A DNA stretch of 64,000 bases, from positions 56,847 through 120,846 of the forward strand of contig CAYGBK010000065.1 in assembly GCA_964348095.1 (NCBI GenBank). The letters are read 5' to 3'. The position numbers and the translations under genes were made by a program. Positions 27,315 through 36,630 of this stretch are shown here, one piece after another (the first letter of the stretch is position 1; each line of letters opens with the position of its first letter). The notes under the pieces were generated by a model, which saw nothing but the letters and a program-made list of their open reading frames with translations, did not search any database and was not told the DNA's origin. Origin of the DNA: an uncultured Thermodesulfobacteriota bacterium. GTDB taxonomy: Bacteria; Desulfobacterota; BSN033; WVXP01.

Positions 27315-27947
27315 ATGGGAACAAAAGACCGCAAAGAACGGGAGAAGGAGGCTCGGAGAAACGCCATTTTAGAGGCGGCCAGACCGATTTTTTTTCAAAA
27401 TGGCTTCCAGGCGACTACCATGGACCAAATTGCAGAAGAGGCTGAACTGAGTAAGGGAACGCTGTATCTCTATTTTCCGAGCAAAGATGACCTCTACGGC
27501 ACCATCCTCTTGGAGGGTCTGGAAAACTTGCACACCCGGTTATCCACGGCGTGTGACGGGAATGGAAACTGGGAGACACAACTCAGGGATCTCGGCGAGG
27601 CGTACTACCGATTCTATCTGGACTGTAAGCCTTACTTTCGCATACTCTTTCTGCTCCAGCACGACGAGTTTGCGTCACGGATCTCAGAGCCTCTTTATGA
27701 AAGATGTTTTGATGAGGGCCTTGCCTGTCTGCAAATCCTGGCGCGAGTCATACAAGAAGGAATAGAGTCCGGTGACATCGAACCCCGTAATCCTATGGAA
27801 CTTGCTGTGATTTCGTGGGGCTTCCTAAATGGGACCTTCAATCTGTTTGAAGAAGAAGATAGCAGGAAGCTTATACCCACTTCGTTGGACTCACTCGTCG
27901 AGACGAGTTTCGACGTCATCACGAATGGACTGAGAAGGAGGGCATAA
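27315..27947 (+). CDS. TetR/AcrR family transcriptional regulator
   Basis: N-terminal HTH ...ILEAARPIFFQNGFQATTMDQIAEEAELSKGTLYLYFPSKDDLY. Confidence 0.85.
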   Translation: MGTKDRKEREKEARRNAILEAARPIFFQNGFQATTMDQIAEEAELSKGTLYLYFPSKDDLYGTILLEGLENLHTRLSTACDGNGNWETQLRDLGEAYYRFYLDCKPYFRILFLLQHDEFASRISEPLYERCFDEGLACLQILARVIQEGIESGDIEPRNPMELAVISWGFLNGTFNLFEEEDSRKLIPTSLDSLVETSFDVITNGLRRRA

Positions 27948-28993
27948 TGTCAGGCGTAACATGGAGTGTCGTACTCCTGGGAAGTCTGGTTCTGTTCGGT
28001 TGCTCAAGCGGTGCGGACGAGGCCACGACCCGAGAGAACAAGGTTCCGGTCAGTGTCACTGCCGTGCGACAAGAGGTGAACCGGCGTCTGCTGAATGTGC
28101 TGGGAACCGTTGAGGCGAACAGGGACCTGAAGGTGAGTTTTGAGATCGGAGGGAAGATACGACGCATCGCCTTTGAGGAGGGGCAGTCCATAGAGAAGGG
28201 TGAGTTATTGGCTGAGCTCGATCCGACCGAGCTTAGGGCGCGGAAGCGGAAGGCCATAGAAAACAGGCAGAAGGCCAAACGGGACCGCGATAGGATGGAG
28301 AGGCTGTATCGTAAGGCGGTCGTTCCGTTGTCTTCCTACCAGGATGCCCAGTCAGCCCTGGTCAGTGCCGAGGCAGAGCTGAAGATCGTCCAGGAAAACC
28401 TCGACAACAGTGTCCTCCGTGCTCCTTTCGCCGGGAGAATCACCCAGAAATTCTCCGAAATTGGGGAAGTTGTGGCCCCAGGGACACCCATCGCCGTCCT
28501 GGCTGAGCTTGATCCCGCACTCGTGAGAGCGGCGGTGCCGGATACATTGATCCAGAAGGTCAAACCAGGTCAAAGGGCGGTCATCGGGGTTGACAGTACC
28601 CCCCAAAAAAGATTCGAGGGCGTTGTTACTCGTTTGGAGACGAGCGCCGATCCCCTCTCGAGGACATTCAGCATTGAGGTCAGGCTTGAAAACCCGGACG
28701 AAATCCTGCGTCCAGGTCTCATTGCCCGTGTGGAAGTTATGGACGACTCAAAGGGACTGGGCGTTTTCATACCGCTCGATGCCGTCCTTGATTTTGGAGC
28801 CAATCCGACTGTCTTTGTCGTGCGCGATGGGACCGCGGAGAGGCGTGCTGTCAAGCTGGGGGAGATGGCTGGTGCGGACGTAGAGATTCTCGAGGGACTC
28901 GTCCCCGATGAGCTGGTCGTTGTCTCTGGCCAGGAATATTTGGATGACCAACAGCCGGTCCTGATCGACCGAACATCGGAAAACAAACAATGA
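27947..28993 (+). CDS. Efflux RND transporter periplasmic adaptor (MFP) subunit, lipoprotein
   Basis: Lipobox LVLFGC. Coiled-coil and beta-barrel pattern typical of the HlyD/AcrA family. TAATG overlap with the TetR gene. Confidence 0.8.
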   Translation: MSGVTWSVVLLGSLVLFGCSSGADEATTRENKVPVSVTAVRQEVNRRLLNVLGTVEANRDLKVSFEIGGKIRRIAFEEGQSIEKGELLAELDPTELRARKRKAIENRQKAKRDRDRMERLYRKAVVPLSSYQDAQSALVSAEAELKIVQENLDNSVLRAPFAGRITQKFSEIGEVVAPGTPIAVLAELDPALVRAAVPDTLIQKVKPGQRAVIGVDSTPQKRFEGVVTRLETSADPLSRTFSIEVRLENPDEILRPGLIARVEVMDDSKGLGVFIPLDAVLDFGANPTVFVVRDGTAERRAVKLGEMAGADVEILEGLVPDELVVVSGQEYLDDQQPVLIDRTSENKQ

Positions 28994-31900
28994 AACTTGT
29001 CGCATTGGCAGTCCAGCGATATAGGCTCACGGTCCTGGGGATCATTTTGCTCCTGATCATGGGGGCACTCTCCTATTACTTGATACCCCGTCGCGAGGAC
29101 CCACTCGTCAAAGTCCCCGGAGCGACGGTACAGTCTCATTATCCCGGGGCGAGCCCACGGGATGTTGAGCGCTACGTGACAATACCCCTGGAGGAGAAGA
29201 TCAATGAGATCGATGAAATCGACAGGATTTTCTCGTCTTCATCCCAGGGAACGTCGACGATCTTTATCGAGTTCGACCCGGATTCGGACATGGATCAGAA
29301 CATGCAAGAGCTGCGGGAGAAGGTTAGAGAAGGAGAAGCGGATCTCCCAGAAGAGGCCACCGATCCGGATATAACCCGCTGGAAGACCGAGACCGTCTCT
29401 CTCATCATCAACTTGAACGGCCCCTTCTCCTACGGGCAGCTCTTCAAATACGCAAAATATATCAAGAGAGACCTGGAGAAGATCCCCCAGATCATGACGC
29501 TCGAGATCGATGGAGATCAGGAAAGAGAGGTTCAAGTTAGGGTCCACCAGGATCGCCTCTCCCAGTACAAGATCTCCCTTGGCGAGGTGATCGGACAGCT
29601 TAAGGCCGAAAATGTGAGTCTGCCAGGGGGACACATGGACCTGGGTCGACGTCGTTATCTGGTTCGGACCGATGAGGAGTTCATGCGAGCGGGCGAAGTG
29701 GGTAAAACGATTGTTGGTGCTTACGAGGGACGCCCCGTGTTCCTGGTTGATCTGGCGAAAATCGAGGATACCTATGAGAGGCCCGAGTACTGGGTCCGGT
29801 TCAATGGCGAAGAAAGCATCAATCTTCTGGTGACCCAGAAACCCAAGTCAAACCTTTTGGGCGTATCTGAAAAGATCCGCGATCGCCTCGATGAATTGAC
29901 CGAACACCTTCCTCAGAAGCTCAAGCTTGAGGTCTTCGCTGACCAGGCGGTTTCAGTGGCCCTCCGATTGGACACGTTTCAGAATAACCTTGCCATCGGG
30001 GCTTGCCTCGTTATCTTTTTGACAGTCCTCCTGATGAACATGCGCATGGCCTTTGTTGTGGCCTTTGTCATTCCCCTATCGATCAGTTTTTCTCTGATCA
30101 TGCTTTACCGGCTCGGCCATTCCTTGAACCAGATAACCCTGGCTGCGATGATCGTCGTCCTTGGGATGCTGGTCGATAACGGCATCGTTGTGGTCGAAAA
30201 CATTCAGCGACATCTGGACCAGGGAAAGGACAGAATCTCAGCCGTCCTGACCGGAAGCCGGGAGGTATTGGGGGCAATCACCTCCTCCACCCTGACAACC
30301 ATGCTCGCCTTTGCGCCACTCCTGTTGATGTCAGGAGACACGGGTCAATTCATCAGGGGCATTCCTCTCACCATGATTTTCGCAATCGCCGGGTCCTTGA
30401 TGGTTGCAGTCCTCGTTTCACCCCTCATGAGCCAACGGTTTTTGAAGCCTGGACGAAAAGACGGAGGCAACAGTCCGGTGATCAGTTTCTACGCTCGCAT
30501 CCTGGGATTTGCCCTAAACCATAAAATCCTCACACTGAGCGTAACCATGATGGCCTTCATCGGCTCCCTCGTTTTCATCCCCCGGTTAGGCCTTCAGTTT
30601 TTCCCCAAAGCCGAAAGAGAAATCTTCATTATCGACGTCCAGTTGCCCCAGGGCGCGAATATGGAGACCACCTTGAATCTTGCCACGCGAATAGAGAAGA
30701 TTCTCCTGGCAAAGGAAGAAGTAGAAACGGTGATGACCCATGTCGGGGAGAACGGGCCCAGGATCTACTACAACATCAACTTCTTTCGCATAAAGGAGGC
30801 AAACAGAGCCCAGTTTTTCGTCACCATTAGGCGAAACAAACGCGGTGTGACCGCTGCGCGGGTTATCGAAGAACTGAGACCTATGTTGGCTCGCTTATCC
30901 GGCGGACGGATCGAGCTCAAGGAACTCGAGCAGGGACCTCCGGTTGGCGCACCCATCGCCATCAAGATCAAAGGGGACGAGTTGGATGTCCTTGAGCGTC
31001 TGGCTCAGGAATTCAAATCCCTGCTGAAATCTATCCCCGGCGCGGTCGATGTGACGGACGATGCCTCTGAGACGATTCCCCAGATAGAGATCCGTATTGA
31101 TTCGGACAAGGCCCAGCTCCTTGGGATAACCAATGCGACGATCGCCCAGACCATCCGAACAGCGGTCTATGGGACCACTGCAACAAGCTTTCGCCAAGAG
31201 GACGAGGAGATCGACGTGGTGGTTTCCCTGGGTGAAAAATCGCGAAACGACGTAGCCACGTTCAATGAAATCTACTTGAAATCGCTCGAGGGTTTTAAGG
31301 TTCCTTTCCGTCAGGTCGCCGACGTCAAGCTCGTCTCAGACATTGGCACCATTAGACGGGAGAACCTGACACGGACGGCAACCGTTCGAAGCGAAATCCA
31401 GGGAACCCTGTCGCAGGCGGTGGTTGACGCGTTGAAGGCTAAAGCCGTCTCTCTTCGAATCCCTCCTGGCTATTTAGTTGAATACGAAGGAGAAACCAAG
31501 GAAAGGAATGAATCGTTCGTAAGTCTGGGCTGGGCAATGATCGCCGCCTTCCTCTTGGTTTACGTCGTCCTAGTCGCCCAGTTTAACTCGTATAAACAGC
31601 CCTTTGTCATCGCTCTGTCCTTGCCTTTCGGTCTGGTGGGCGCGGTGCTCGGCCTGTGGGTCACCGGATATCCATTTGGTTTCATGGCGTTCTTGGGGGT
31701 GGTGAGTCTGACAGGAATCGTGGTCAACGATGCCATTGTCCTCATCGATTTCGTCAACACCATTCGGAAAGACGGAGGGGACTTGAGGGACGCGGTAATA
31801 GAAGCTGGAAGGCTCCGTTTTCGTCCGGTCATGCTGACCACCGTATCTACCGTTGCGGGCCTTCTGCCCCTGTCTGTCATGGGTGGAAGCCTCTGGGGAC

Positions 31901-32025
31901 CCATGGGGAATGTCATCATTTTCGGCCTCTCCATGGCCACAGTCCTGACGCTGATCATTGTTCCGGTAGTTTATGAGGTTATTGAAAAGACCGGAGGAGG
32001 ACCCGAGAAAAGCCTCCGCTTATGA
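28990..32025 (+). CDS. Efflux RND transporter permease (AcrB/HAE family)
   Basis: 1011 aa with 12-TM RND architecture and two large periplasmic loops. ATGA overlap with the MFP gene. Confidence 0.9.
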   Translation: MKLVALAVQRYRLTVLGIILLLIMGALSYYLIPRREDPLVKVPGATVQSHYPGASPRDVERYVTIPLEEKINEIDEIDRIFSSSSQGTSTIFIEFDPDSDMDQNMQELREKVREGEADLPEEATDPDITRWKTETVSLIINLNGPFSYGQLFKYAKYIKRDLEKIPQIMTLEIDGDQEREVQVRVHQDRLSQYKISLGEVIGQLKAENVSLPGGHMDLGRRRYLVRTDEEFMRAGEVGKTIVGAYEGRPVFLVDLAKIEDTYERPEYWVRFNGEESINLLVTQKPKSNLLGVSEKIRDRLDELTEHLPQKLKLEVFADQAVSVALRLDTFQNNLAIGACLVIFLTVLLMNMRMAFVVAFVIPLSISFSLIMLYRLGHSLNQITLAAMIVVLGMLVDNGIVVVENIQRHLDQGKDRISAVLTGSREVLGAITSSTLTTMLAFAPLLLMSGDTGQFIRGIPLTMIFAIAGSLMVAVLVSPLMSQRFLKPGRKDGGNSPVISFYARILGFALNHKILTLSVTMMAFIGSLVFIPRLGLQFFPKAEREIFIIDVQLPQGANMETTLNLATRIEKILLAKEEVETVMTHVGENGPRIYYNINFFRIKEANRAQFFVTIRRNKRGVTAARVIEELRPMLARLSGGRIELKELEQGPPVGAPIAIKIKGDELDVLERLAQEFKSLLKSIPGAVDVTDDASETIPQIEIRIDSDKAQLLGITNATIAQTIRTAVYGTTATSFRQEDEEIDVVVSLGEKSRNDVATFNEIYLKSLEGFKVPFRQVADVKLVSDIGTIRRENLTRTATVRSEIQGTLSQAVVDALKAKAVSLRIPPGYLVEYEGETKERNESFVSLGWAMIAAFLLVYVVLVAQFNSYKQPFVIALSLPFGLVGAVLGLWVTGYPFGFMAFLGVVSLTGIVVNDAIVLIDFVNTIRKDGGDLRDAVIEAGRLRFRPVMLTTVSTVAGLLPLSVMGGSLWGPMGNVIIFGLSMATVLTLIIVPVVYEVIEKTGGGPEKSLRL

Positions 32026-32116
32026 CGTCTCCATTTGCAGGGTGTGTCTGGTTCAGTCCAGCGCCCGCTTGATTTCTCGGCAGGGTTAAGAATTTCCTTC
32101 AACGTTCTTGCTCTTT

Positions 32117-33655
32117 CTATCCTCCATCTGAGGCTGTTACTTCACCCACCTTATCCCTTTTCAAATGGTCAGGTAAAATATCACGGCTGAGGACATCAGC
32201 TTCTGTTTCCTGCCGCCGGATGATCAAGGCCTGGTCACCATTCACCAGTACGGTCGCCGGCCGGGGCATGGCATTGAAGTTACTCATAGAGACCTCCTGA
32301 TATGCCCCCGTGTCGAATACAGCGAGGATATCTCCAACCTGGACATCGGGGATGCGCACCGTCGGCATTAATCGGTCGCCGTAACAACTCCGTCCGATGA
32401 TATCTGCCCTATCAATCATGTCTGAGTCGACTTTGTTGGCGAATACATAATCGTGGAGGTGGTGTTCGTAGCGTCCACCAGTGAACCAGAATTCCGTTGT
32501 ATCCACGACGACAAGGTTCCAACAAATGGGGGTTGTCATACGTTTAATGTTTTTGACCGTTGTTAAATGGATTCCCGCATTACCGTGGATCGCCCGTCCG
32601 GGTTCAATTTGGAGCAAGAGACCCTTCGGATCGATGCCGTACTTTGGCAACTCCCTCCGAAGAGTGGCCGTGCACGCATCGGCATACTCCTCAATGCTCG
32701 GAGCGGGCTTTTGATTCGGCTTTTTTGTGATACTGTCAATCAGTTTCGCCAGTGCTTTGTAACGCCCATTCGAGCCGAGGACCTTGAGCCCTGTTGAAAG
32801 TGCATAAAGTGCTGCCAACTGAAGAGGCTCACTATAATCCGTGACCGCATTGAAGGGGTCCCTGGGTACGGCGAAGCCGCCGCCAATGTCGATCTCCTGT
32901 GGCTGAAAACCACCCAATGCTTGGCATACCTTCCCGATCTCTCCTGCAAACGCCTTCATCTGCTCTTCCCAGTATCGCGTTGAGGGATCATGCCGACCGT
33001 GATGTTCGTGAAAACCGACTAACTCGACGTTTTTTATCTTGAGAAGCCGGGGTCCAACGACCATGATCTGTTCGAACGAGAGTCCACCCTTATACGCCAT
33101 GGCGGCGATATCCGTTGGAACCAGCCCCTCTGCCACAAAGCCGCTATGATGGGTAAAACCCGAGATCGCTGGTTTTAGGCGAAGCCGCACTTTCGCTACT
33201 CTGTTGAGCTCTTTCGATGCCTTCTCAATAGTATCAACCTCTTCGACGCTGTCGATGGTAATGCGTACACCTTCCCGAATACTTCTGACAATATGATCTT
33301 CGTCTTTCGGCACCCCGTTGACTGAAATAAACTGAGGATCGAAACCAGCCTCTAACGCGACGGTGAGCTCCCCCGAGGAATAGATATCGCAACCGCAACC
33401 TTCATCAGCTAGAATTCGCTGCACCGCAGAGATCCAGTTCGCCTTTGCAGCCGGCAATACCTTCACCGGCCCATCTGGCCAGCCCTGGTTAAATGCCTCC
33501 TGAAAACGGCGGACGTTTCGACGGATTTGATTCTCAGATAGCACAAAGAGCGGCGAACCGAATTGATGGATCAGATCAACAGTATCGCACTCCTCGATGA
33601 AAAGATGTCCATTCCGGGTCGACAGGCAATCGTCCAAGCGGGTAGGGGCAGTCAT
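32117..33655 (-). CDS. Fold-type III PLP-dependent decarboxylase (Orn/DAP/Arg decarboxylase family)
   Basis: FGSPLFVLSE...LPAAKANW (PLP Lys), IDIGGGFAVP, and a C-terminal beta-barrel with GRSCYGDRL. At 512 aa it is longer than LysA. Confidence 0.75.
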   Translation of the reverse strand: MTAPTRLDDCLSTRNGHLFIEECDTVDLIHQFGSPLFVLSENQIRRNVRRFQEAFNQGWPDGPVKVLPAAKANWISAVQRILADEGCGCDIYSSGELTVALEAGFDPQFISVNGVPKDEDHIVRSIREGVRITIDSVEEVDTIEKASKELNRVAKVRLRLKPAISGFTHHSGFVAEGLVPTDIAAMAYKGGLSFEQIMVVGPRLLKIKNVELVGFHEHHGRHDPSTRYWEEQMKAFAGEIGKVCQALGGFQPQEIDIGGGFAVPRDPFNAVTDYSEPLQLAALYALSTGLKVLGSNGRYKALAKLIDSITKKPNQKPAPSIEEYADACTATLRRELPKYGIDPKGLLLQIEPGRAIHGNAGIHLTTVKNIKRMTTPICWNLVVVDTTEFWFTGGRYEHHLHDYVFANKVDSDMIDRADIIGRSCYGDRLMPTVRIPDVQVGDILAVFDTGAYQEVSMSNFNAMPRPATVLVNGDQALIIRRQETEADVLSRDILPDHLKRDKVGEVTASDGG

Positions 33656-33859
33656 TTTTTCGCCTCCCTTCGCAGGGGGTGGGGTCGTCTAAATTGAGGT
33701 TCTACCCTGTGTGTCCTCGTGATTATCTTTTCTCTGGATCCAATGTGCCACGACCGATCTGACCAAGTCGACCAAGGTGCACCCGAAACCTGTTATCACC
33801 TGAGGTCTCGAGACGGTTCACACTCCGCCTGAACACGTCAGCCCGTAAAGACGCGACAC

Positions 33860-34771
33860 CTATCCTGTGGTTGGTGGTCTGCGCACTTGTTCTAACTCTT
33901 CGAGCGACCGTGGCCAGTCTTTCTTGAGCAGCCGTGACAGTGCCCGGTCTGCGAGCAGCCTACCGCCGGTTTGGCAACGAGGGCAGTAATTCGTTTCATT
34001 GGTTGCGTAGCGAATACGTTGAACCGGCGCGCCACAGTCTGGACAGGGGTTGCCATATCGCCCGTGAACCTTCATGCCATCTCGAAAGGCTGTCACTTTC
34101 TCGGGGAATCCCTCCCCTGCGTCGATCCGCAATCTATCAATCCATTCTATGAGGGTTTCTCGTGTGGCGTGGTAAAGCCGCTCGATTTTCTTAGCCCCTA
34201 GCTTCTGCGATAGAGCCACCGGAGAAAGTCTCGCCCGATGGAGGATCTCGTCAGAATAGGCGTTCCCGATTCCACTGAGCAGCCGTGGATCTGTAAGGGC
34301 TCGCTTAATGGTATGATTCTTACGTGTAATGGCCGCGTGGAAGGTCTCGAGATTTGCCTCGAGAACCTCGAGCCCCCCTGGATCATGGGTGTGGAGTCCG
34401 TCTTTCCCGTACACGAGATGAAGAGACGCCCGCTTCTTCGACCCAGCTTCAGTGAGGGTCAAAGTTCCGGTGCTGAAGTCAAACGCCACCAGCGACCGCT
34501 TGCCCAGCCGTGGTAAACCCTGTTCGTGCCAATGGAGGCGTCCCGCGATCATGAGATGAAGGATCAGCCAGAGTTCGTCTTGAAGACCGATGGCGATCCG
34601 TTTCCCAAGACGGCGAAGCGCTTCAACCCTTTTGCCGCCGACCGTCGACATAGGGGGTTCGGCGGTTCGCAAAAGAAATGGGCTCCTCAGCCGGACATTC
34701 TGAAGGGTGTGGCCAAGGATACGCTTCTGAAGTGCTTCAATGTAGATCTCGATATCGGGCAGTTCGGGCAT
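33860..34771 (-). CDS. Fpg/Nei family DNA glycosylase
   Basis: N-terminal MPELPDIE catalytic motif. C-terminal zinc finger CPDCGAPV...YCPRCQ. Confidence 0.85.
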   Translation of the reverse strand: MPELPDIEIYIEALQKRILGHTLQNVRLRSPFLLRTAEPPMSTVGGKRVEALRRLGKRIAIGLQDELWLILHLMIAGRLHWHEQGLPRLGKRSLVAFDFSTGTLTLTEAGSKKRASLHLVYGKDGLHTHDPGGLEVLEANLETFHAAITRKNHTIKRALTDPRLLSGIGNAYSDEILHRARLSPVALSQKLGAKKIERLYHATRETLIEWIDRLRIDAGEGFPEKVTAFRDGMKVHGRYGNPCPDCGAPVQRIRYATNETNYCPRCQTGGRLLADRALSRLLKKDWPRSLEELEQVRRPPTTG

Positions 34772-34904
34772 CTGTGCTCGTTGTTCCCCGCGAATATGGT
34801 GGCGGTGTCCCAGCGATTGTTTTTCCCGATGGGTCTTGGGTGTTCCGCCTGCCCAGGCGAAACAAAAAAATCAAAAACACAGGCGGCCCCAGAATCTCTG
34901 AGAT

Positions 34905-35522
34905 CTACCGATGAACTGCTGTGCCCCAGTAATTGAAGCATGCGGGCTTCCAGCCGGGAATATACATAGTTTCCAGACGCTTTATGGCGAACCCGTTCTG
35001 TTCTATGAGAGATGGGATTGGACGGTTAAGGTGACATCCCCCGGCCAGTTTCTTCCAGATCGGGTTTATTCGATTCTGCCATCGTCGCACAGCCTTGTCA
35101 GGCGCGGCACCGTGCTCACAAAATATCAGCTCCCCACCCGGTTTGAGAACTCGCCCCACGTTCTCCAATGCACGTGCCACATCAGGAATGGTGCAGAGCG
35201 TGTACGTCACCAAAACGGTGTCCGCACTTCTATCGTCTAAGGGTATTTCCTCACCCGAACGCCTTATGAATTCAACATCAAAACCAACCCTTCGAGCCTG
35301 TATCTGAGCCATGGCGAGTGACTCTTTGGAGGGGTCTAACCCCCATACGTGTGTAACCTTGGCTTTGTCATAAAAGGGCAGATTCAAACCCGAACCTATT
35401 CCGATTTCCAATACCCGCCCTTGGGCTAGTGGGACGATCTTCTGGCGTTGCATCATCAAAGGCTTGGCACGACAGAGTATGTCCGTTAGCTTTGGTAGGA
35501 TGTATTTTTCGTAAAACCCCAT
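34905..35522 (-). CDS. Class I SAM-dependent methyltransferase
   Basis: VLEIGIGSGLNL motif I. The ATG at 35522, with a GAGGAGAGG RBS, is preferred over 35609. Confidence 0.75.
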   Translation of the reverse strand: MGFYEKYILPKLTDILCRAKPLMMQRQKIVPLAQGRVLEIGIGSGLNLPFYDKAKVTHVWGLDPSKESLAMAQIQARRVGFDVEFIRRSGEEIPLDDRSADTVLVTYTLCTIPDVARALENVGRVLKPGGELIFCEHGAAPDKAVRRWQNRINPIWKKLAGGCHLNRPIPSLIEQNGFAIKRLETMYIPGWKPACFNYWGTAVHR

Positions 35523-35621
35523 CTGGCCTCTCCTCAAGCCATCTGCCAGGTCTTGACCTGGGTTTTTCATGTCTAGGAGGACGGCAATGGCCCTCTCAAA
35601 CTGACCCATACCCGAACTTCT

Positions 35622-35951
35622 CTATTTTGAGGGCAGTTTCGCTACGAACTCCTTGGCCTTTTTCAAACACCCCTCCAATTCCTGATCGCTCTTGAATCCG
35701 TCCCGTCCCACCATGACCCAGCCCTTCATAGGCCGTCCCGTGATGTCGAATGGCCTTACAAAGGGTGATTCCAGCTCGGTCTCGGCGTCTTTCTCACCGA
35801 GTCGAAGGATGAGGAAATCCTTATACACCCCGCAAAACATGTTTCCCTTCAAGAGATGGCACACGCCCCCAAACATCCTCTTGTCCGTTGTGTCTTTCCA
35901 ACCCGACGCAATTCGCTTGATCCGGGCTTCGATTTCTTCGTTGTATGGCAT
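35622..35951 (-). CDS. TfoX N-terminal domain protein
   Basis: 109 aa. ...KRMFGGVCHLLKGNMFCGVYKDFLILRL... is the typical TfoX_N pattern. Confidence 0.7.
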   Translation of the reverse strand: MPYNEEIEARIKRIASGWKDTTDKRMFGGVCHLLKGNMFCGVYKDFLILRLGEKDAETELESPFVRPFDITGRPMKGWVMVGRDGFKSDQELEGCLKKAKEFVAKLPSK

Positions 35952-36205
35952 AGGCTCACCTCACCATCTTTTTCGATGGCTATTAAAAGGTGAGCAGACT
36001 CTAAAGTCAAGCGGAATTCGATAGGAAGGGCCAGGCGAACCATTCCCGGGTCGGGTGACCTGGCGATTCACAAGAAGGCCTCTGTGGCGGAAGACCTCGC
36101 TGAATGGGTTGATCCCAGTTACGACAACGTGGTACATAGTCACTGGGACGAACTCCTTGGCGCTGCGATTAAGAGGATCAAAATTGTCAAAATTCGGGTG
36201 CGCTG

Positions 36206-36604
36206 ATGGCTCACAGTGACAAACCCACTTCTCCGACCCAATCGGATACCGCAACAGATCAAGTCTCACCGGACCCCGATAAGGAGCGGACCGGGGGTGT
36301 TGCGGCGGCAGGACGTTGGGATGCGCTGGCCGTGGGGATTACGGCATTCATTGTTGCCTTTGTTGGGGCCATTGTGGTTCTCAGCATTCCTTATGCTATT
36401 CTCAGTGCTCCCCTGCCGCCCAGCGTGGATCGATTGGGTCTCTCAACCGAGATCACGCAGAAGTTTTTCTTTGAGCGTGCCTGGTATATTCTGGTACCTT
36501 CGATCCTGTTTGCATTGTGGATCGGTTTCACGTCGTATCGATGGGGGCTGAAGTCGATGCAGACAGCCCCTGATGAGACCGAACCCGGCAAAAAGATCGG
36601 GTAA
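36206..36604 (+). CDS. Hypothetical two-TM membrane protein upstream of ccoN
   Basis: 132 aa. Low-complexity N-terminus and two hydrophobic helices. No recognised motif. Confidence 0.45.
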   Translation: MAHSDKPTSPTQSDTATDQVSPDPDKERTGGVAAAGRWDALAVGITAFIVAFVGAIVVLSIPYAILSAPLPPSVDRLGLSTEITQKFFFERAWYILVPSILFALWIGFTSYRWGLKSMQTAPDETEPGKKIG

Positions 36605-36630
36605 AATTCCGACCCAAAGAGGATGCGAAA

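Noticed and set aside
36020-36205. Plus-strand frame reading ...DLAIHKKASVAEDLAEWVDPSYDNVVHSHWDELLGAAIKRIKIVKIRVR-stop looks protein-like. I considered a gene fragment upstream of the cbb3 cluster.
   Set aside because: There is no ATG and only a weak GTG giving 38 aa. A stop lies upstream, there is no RBS and no recognised family. It may be a decayed remnant but is unsupported.
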